A stretch of DNA of 64,000 nt, taken from Seison nebaliae (lineage: Eukaryota). The stretch spans positions 1-64,000 of the forward strand of contig JALJEE010002292.1 in the NCBI GenBank assembly GCA_023231475.1, in the 5' to 3' direction. The translations under genes and the position numbers were made by a program. A model generated the notes under the pieces. It saw nothing but the letters and a program-made list of their open reading frames with translations, was not told the origin of the DNA and searched no databases. Of this stretch, positions 53,101 to 61,000 are shown piece by piece (positions within the stretch are counted from its first letter, which is position 1; the number at the start of each line of letters is the position of its first letter).

Positions 53101-53931
53101 ACGTATGACAAAGTGTTACCGGCTCATGAAAATAAGAAAAATGAACCAAAAGTATTTCCATCAAAAACACCATCGAACGATTTGTTTATTGACGAAGAGA
53201 AATTGAAGACAAATCAATCGAATAATTCAGTGAAATTTGAAAAGTCATTAATTAATTTTTCGAATGATACTTATAAAAAATTATCGATGAACAACAACAA
53301 TAATAGTAGACGACAATCGTCATTAATCGCTACCACATCATCATCATCGTTTTTGAGATGTGAAAAAAAATTGTCGATGATCGATTCGAAAGCAGCAATT
53401 CAATCCACTCATCAAATGAATAAGAATGATACGAAAAATCCATTCCATCGATTAGCTCATCATTCGGTGTCGAGTTATAAACATCCCCGACGATGTAGTA
53501 TCATCGATGGGAAACGGATTTTAGTATCTCCATATGTCAGTGCTGAGAGTATGCTATCATCATCATCATCATCCGAATCCGGTTATCATAATATTCCTTA
53601 CGATTATTTGAAAAATCGAACGAAAACGAATAGTACAGACTCCGCCACTCTATTGACAATGAATGAATCGAATATCGATTCACCTCCCGAATCCACCAAT
53701 TCAAATTGCACGTCCAATTCGTTTAGAATGGACAAATCGTCAAATGATCGACGGAATGTCAAACAAGAATTCATTCCACTAATCACGAAACTCCAACAAG
53801 ATTTATATTCTCTTAATGAAAATTTATTTAATGAAAAATATGATAATATGGATCGTTCGTCCTCACAAGTCACTCCAAATCCCAGTCAATCGAACAAAGA
53901 ATCGGAATATGATAATATTCTCATGAATTAA
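47111..53931 (+). CDS. Highly divergent transmembrane adenylyl-cyclase-like protein (TM-C1-TM-C2), probably catalytically inactive; exons 47111-52232, 52295-52443, 52506-52647, 52694-53931
   Basis: Two TM clusters, each followed by a cyclase-like block. MFKQVY...SIFIRC...LKILD..L..LMNLIEYHGMEMIEWNDDT resembles C1a. QLLPKRIFKYFL...PYHSIH...ALHMGYVV...LQLWGHGI...LVSPNVVHLL resembles C2a. Confidence 0.7.
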
Positions 53932-53932
53932 T

Positions 53933-54890
53933 TCAATATTCACTATAAATGTCTTCTACAAATCAAATAATTGAACAGTATTATTAATTAAATCTATTAA
54001 AAATTGAACTTATACAAATCGGACAACATTTGTTTGGAACGTATTGGAATTGGAGACAAACATTTCGATCGAAATTTGGACATGATATCTGCATACACTC
54101 ATGTCGCCCATTATTACATGTACACTCGACATTACACGGATTAATGAAATAATTCATTTCACCATGAACAACCGAACGGTTTGTTTCCTTTATGAGACAA
54201 CTCTGATTTGTCGTCAATTCCACATCGGAAATTTTCGATTTCATCAAATTATCCTCATTTATCAGATGTGCCACATCCGACACATTAATCGATGATTTCG
54301 AATAAGAATCTGTAAATTATTTTAATTAAATACAAATGAATGAAATTGAAGAACTTTGATTGGAGAGGGCCTCCCTCGGGAATTTACACATATTCTTCCA
54401 CGGATCGCCCACATACCCGAATTCACACAAACATCCATAAATATTATCGATGGATAATCGACAATTGTTTGGTGGACATTTCTCATAAATCTCTTCTCTT
54501 TCATCAAATCGATAACAATTTCTTAACTTATTCTTATCTAAATTTTTTGTCAAAACTTCATCTATAAAATCAGATTTTATTTTAAACAAAATGAATGAGA
54601 TAAATAACTGAAATTACAAAATTTCCATTTTTGATCTGTCTCAAAATCGAATGTCACCGAACACCAAAAGACTTTATTCTTATTAGAAATGTTGATTATG
54701 CATTTGTTGAAGAGATTTCCTTTCCACAAAAATGGAAAATGACAAAGTTCTGATAACTTTTCATTGAAAATGTTTATGAGTGGTAAATTTAACTATTCTG
54801 CTGGCGATTCTTGGATAATAATTGATTGAGTGAAATGTTGAAAAACAGTGAAAGAATGAAAGGAATGTGAAAAAGTGCAAATGGAAGCAT
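53933..54890 (-). CDS. Secreted protein with fibronectin type II, EGF-like and VWC domains; 5 exons
   Basis: Signal MLPFALFHIPFILSLFFNISLN; FN2 CHFPFLWKGNLFNKC...WCSVTFDFETDQKWKFC; EGF-like CPPNNC...GCLCEFGYVGDPWKNMC; VWC NPCNVECTCNNG...C...C...C...PNKCCPIC; four phase-1 GTT..AG introns. Confidence 0.8.
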
Positions 54891-55080
54891 TGTAAAGTGA
54901 GAAAATGATCTGCTTGAGCTTAAATTGAAAAGAGTACGAAATATGAAAAAACAAAAAATTATTTGAAGGAAAAATTTGAAGAAGATTTTTGTCTTGTTGC
55001 ATCCTTAGTAGCACTTAGTTACGGTGAATATTTGGTTTACGATATGTTTATAATAAATCAAATCTAATCCAGTCGATAAT

Positions 55081-58000
55081 ATGGATGATCCGATCGTCCA
55101 GAAATTCTGGACATGGTTAATGCAACGATTGGAACGAATCTTCAAATTAGTTGAAGAAGATAAACATGTGATGAAAGATGATAATCGAATAATAGTCAGT
55201 ATGTTCGAATTCGTCAATTTCACTTCAGTCCGATTTCTACAATGTTGGAAGAACGAGGATGATGGTGTGAATAAGATAAACTTTTCCATCAACTCTTCCA
55301 CCATTCTCAATGATCGAGAACAGATCTTCCTCTCCAAATTGGAACATGTCGGTCGTTTGAATAACTTTGAGAATGAATTAATTTTTATTGAGACCGATTC
55401 ATCTTTCGGTAATTTGGGTAGTCTAATGTTGCGAGAATGTTCATTTCCATTTCTCAAATTATTTGACGACGAACAAGTGATGTCATCAAGAAATAGAGTT
55501 GAGTCATTAGGAATTAATCATTCCACGTTAATTAATCGTTTTATTCAAACTGGGCATCGATGTATCGGTGATATAGAAACCATGTATCCATATGATGGTA
55601 TGGCGACGTTGTCATTACCATCCGAAAATGTTGTCAGTTTTGATACGAATGAACAATCATTAGAAATCGTCGAAACTTCCGTTGTGCAATGGTTGAATCG
55701 ATTACAAGATTTATTGACCACAAAATTGGAGGAGAAGCGAATGGTTTTAATAAATCAACGTCGTTCGAATGGAACGGAAGCAGGAAATAAATTCATTTCA
55801 TTAAGAAATGAAATGTTTATTTGGTCAAACCAGATTAATTTGATTACCGCTCTCCAACGACAAATTCAAAGTGAGACAATTCAAAATATTTTTGAGTTTT
55901 TAAGAAATTCAAATAGTAACATCATTCAATCGATCGAGGAACACTTACCAGAATTGGAATTGTTGAATGAACGTTCAGAAATGAATCTGGAATTGTTGAG
56001 TGGATTAGTTCCATTCGTGGATAAGATTTGGAATAATTTCCAGACAATATTTTACGAAGATTCGTTGAGAGTTAATGAGAAATGTCTCAAATCCATCCTC
56101 GATACGATTCCAATAATTTGGCATTTGATTTTTGTGATTTGGAAGAATTCGCCCGAATATCATTCCACTACTCAGATTTCCGTTATGATCAATTTGATAA
56201 ATGGTGAGATATTGAATGGATGTATAATGTTGCTGGAAGGCGATTTATTGAGAAATCCAAATATCGCTACGAAAAAATTAAATATCGTCCTTCGCATCAT
56301 CGGCCGATTACGAAGTAGTTACATCGAAAAGAAACATGTTGTGAATGAATTGAACGAAAGATATTTCAAATTACCCGAAGAAGCAGTACAATTAATTGAG
56401 ATGAATTGTGAGGAGAAAAATTTCAGTCGTTATCGTCAAATGAATATCGATCGAATCATCGACGATCATAAAAGAATTAACTGGTTGTTATGTCCAGCTG
56501 AAGCTTTGACGACGGAAAATGCTCCATGGCCATCACATACATCAGAAGCATTTCTCATTGTCGATACATTTATGATGAAATGTAATGATCTTTTAGAATT
56601 GGTGAATTCGATTGACGATTTTGAGACTATGAAAATTTCCTTCGATTCATCCGCCCAAATCTTCAAAGACAATGACGAATTGATCGATGAAAATAAACAA
56701 ATATTTCTTGAAATAAATTCCATTTATAGTCGATATAAATTAGCAATTGATGAATTTTTCTCGAACGTCTCTAAGAGAAACATCACCGTATTTCAGGTGG
56801 AGTTTAGAAAAAAGAAATTATTCGCTTTCAATGTAACGGAAGATATGGAAAACGGTCAAAATATTCAAAATTCCTTTGACAAAATTTTAGAAAAGTTGAG
56901 GGATGTGGTGAAGAATTTGGAAGTGAAAATCTCATCAATTCTATCAATGATATTGAAACGTGCGGAGAATCTTCCCACCAAACTGAGAATTATAACTATG
57001 TTCGGGCGAATAATTGAACGTCCAAATATCATTCATTTGTTGAAGGAGCATCAATCGGATTTTCGGCAGAAAATCTTTGACGAATTATCAAATTCGATTT
57101 CATACTTAGAAAATATTTTCGATCTCTCTTATAATCGTCATCAATTATTATCTGATCGTGTTCGATCGATATTGAAATTGATATCGGAGAATAAAACCGA
57201 GAAATATTTAAATAAAATTCCATCACATCATTTAATTCCGACGATTATTTCACAGTTGAAATGGATGGATGGAATGGATGAGAGATTATTCAAAAATTAT
57301 AATATCGTCCAAGCCATATGGCCAACAATATTCCAAGAGAATACCGGTACTCAAATCAGATTAATCATTCAAATGTTCGAGAAAGTGTTCGAGAAGATTT
57401 CCAACGACGTCATTTCCAGATGGATTGATTCCACATCGATTTTGGATCGATTAGAAAGTCAATTTGACAATTTCATTTTTAAAAGAATTCCTTTCACTCA
57501 AGAAATTCGAGAAGAGAATATTATTTATAAGAACATACATTTATTGGAGAGATTGAAAAATAACGATAATTTAAACGACTTATTGAAACGAGACGATAGT
57601 GAACATTCTTTCATCCAATGTAATATTAATGAAGAAATGATTTACTTATCGAAACAAATTAAAGAAGTTCTGAAAAATGATCGAATTGAAAAATTCATCA
57701 AAAATAATGTGAACGATTCCGTCGATTATTTAAATCAAATTTCAAAATTACATCAACTTCAGAAACAGTTTTCATTCGACTCACTAATTCGATCAGTTCA
57801 TCAATTGAAAGTGTTCGTTGACGAATTCAATTGGACAATCACATTCGCCACGAAAATTGATAAAATTTTAATGAAACGATCATTCTTAATGATAAACGAA
57901 TTAATCGATCGAGGAACGACGGAAATCCGATGGAAGAATATCACCGGATTGGAGTTGTATCTGACGAAATTATCGGAGAATTTACATCATTCTCATTTTC

Positions 58001-61000
58001 TCAAACATCGCTCATTACACGAGAAATTTTCACAATTCTCTGATAACGTAATTTTGTGGAATTTCTGTTTTTTCGAATCGAATGAACTATCGCCAAACGA
58101 AATAAAACGGGAAGCGTTTTCGGATGACTTATATGAGAATGTCATCGAATCGTTCGATGTGTTTATCGACAAAATGAACGAACGTTATCGAAATAACAGA
58201 GAAATTATTCAATCGAATATTCATCAGAATAAGAGAATTGTGAATGAAATTTTTGAAATTTTAGACATTAATAATCAAATGCCCGAATACGACATATTCG
58301 TCCATCTGACTGATGAGTATATGGGACGAGCATTAGAATTACGAACGATCCTCTCCATTAATGAAATGTACGAGAAATTCTGTTGTTATGAAAAGAGTAA
58401 ACCGTTCATTGAAATAGCTATGCGATTGGAGAATGACGAAATAAAATTATCATGGCCATTAGACGAGAATACAGATCGTTCGTCATTATATGAGAATTTT
58501 ATTAATTGGGAAAATCAAATTCAGGATTATTCGAGAATTTTGAATGAACAATTTCAAATGACAAGTGATAAGAATCAGAAGATTGAGGAATTAAATAAGA
58601 AAATAATTTATTATTGTCTACGCATAATTCAGTTTAGAAATGTTTTCAATTATTTAAAATTATTATGGAGTCTCGATGCGAATGAGACGTTTAAGAAATT
58701 TCTAGTTGGTCAACAAACATTCTCTATCTTGTACGGTCAATATAGGAAGGAGAGCATTCTGAAGCAAGATGATTTATTCGATGATAATCTCCATTTTATG
58801 GAAAGTTTCCTCAATTTCGAAGTTGACAATTCTTCTGTTTTATTCACCGAATCATCAACGGAAACGAAACCATATGCAAAGAGTGTGATCTCGTTATCTA
58901 CTTCCATCAATATGGATGCAGCAGTGAGTGTTGAGAAACAATATCTATCACTTCAGACATTTCCTGCAGTCACTAATAATAATCAGAGTCTGGAAGATAT
59001 TCCATCAGATGATGATCATGATGATAATATCAGATTTGGTGGAATGACAAAAAGAAATGAGAGATGGAAATTAGAAGCGGAAGAGAAACGATTGAAGAAA
59101 TTATTTCGTATCAATAATCGATATTATCATTCCAGAACGCCGGAAATGATCAACGCCGAATATAAAATTTATATTTCTCCAAATGTCGAATCGTTCGCAC
59201 AGGAATTTCACGTTCTGAATGAATTGAAGAAAATCATAACCGAAGTGAACGACGTCAAAATTTACGAATGGTTATTGATCAATGTCATACCGTTAAAATC
59301 GACATTGATCGCTTTGTTGGATAAATGGATGTTTGTCTATTCGAAATATTTGATCCAATGTGTTAATCATAATCTCTTGGAATTGGATGTTTTTTTCTTA
59401 ATGGTAATGAACGATTTGAATTCGATTGATAAAAATAATGATTTGTTAAAACGGAAATCGAAACGATTTTCCGAAGAGGAACAAGGTGAATTACAAGATA
59501 ATAATTTCATGCAAATTGTTCACTTATATAACGTGACAACGACAAATCAACAATCGATCGAATTGAAATTCAACGTCACGAAACAGATTGTTGATATTTT
59601 GAATAATTATTCCATCACAATTCCATCACATATCATCAAATTATTCGAATCGTTACCGACGATTTGGCAGAACATCAGATCGAAAATTCATATGGCTAAA
59701 AATCGAATTGGGCCATATGTGTGTGGACATAACGATCGGATCATTCTCCAAGTTCAGGAATATGCGAACGAACTCGAATCATATCGACAAGATATTTATG
59801 GTTGTGAATTATTCTATTATAGTTGCGAGAAGGAGCTCGCTTATAAACTGATCGATCAATTTTTAAAGAAATATAATTATCAATATACAAAAGTTGATCG
59901 TATGAAAATCCTCCAAGAATTACTCATTCAACATCAGGCTAAAGCCGTCCGAAATTATGTAGAAGAACGTGATGCAAACACAATTAATAAGAACGAGAAA
60001 TTAGATGAGATTAATCAATTATTTTTAAAATCCCAAGAGAAATTCTCATCCATTGTTCCCGAGATTGGAAAGGCGGAAAGTATCGATAATGGTTCATCCT
60101 CATCTTCGACAAAAACGGTGGGAAGTAACGAAAGTCACAGTCGAAATTTTAAGAAAGATAATAAGAAAATTATTCAAATTTATGATTTTGAAATTCTCAC
60201 ACAAATTCGACAGACACTTTCTGATATGAAAGTCTTATGGAAATTGGTTCGATTATTACGAGCAAAACAGACGGAATGGCTGCGAGAGAAATGGCACAAC
60301 ATCAATATACAACGAATGAGAATTGAAATTGAAGAACAGAAAAGAACGTTCAATGATCTCCCCTCATATACAGCACAATGGCCGATTGTCATCGACACTT
60401 TGAAAGATAATCAGACACTTCTCAATATGATCTCATTGATCAACGACTTACAAACGGGAACCGCGTCATTACGACCACGTCATTGGAGACAAATATTAAG
60501 ATTATCAACAATGTCAAATTCGAACAAAAATCAAGGAACGGTAAGTGAAAGTCAAACCCCGAGAACTACCAAATCAATGGATGGAAATGACTCAATTTTG
60601 TTGTCTTATGCCCTTCCGAATGCCAGTCATTATCATGGTTTCCGTCTCACTAACATCACCACACCAATCGAATTCTCCAATTTAGTAGCGGCAGCTCAAG
60701 CGGTGGATGAATTGACGATTAATCGATTCACCTTATCCGATTTCATTTCACTTCAGTTATTTTTGTATGTGAAAGAAATTAAGAAAATCGTATCGATGGC
60801 ATTACTAGATTCGACGATCGAAGATATTTTGAATAAATTCGAAGCATTTTGGATGAGTAAAGAATTGTCTTTTTTCCTTTATGGAAAGGAACGATTATTT
60901 CCATTTCCCTTAATCGAGAACGTTAACGAGAAATTTCATTTTCTTTATGATATCCGGTCATTGTTCGAGAAAGTTCGTTCGAAAAATAAACAAACCATCA

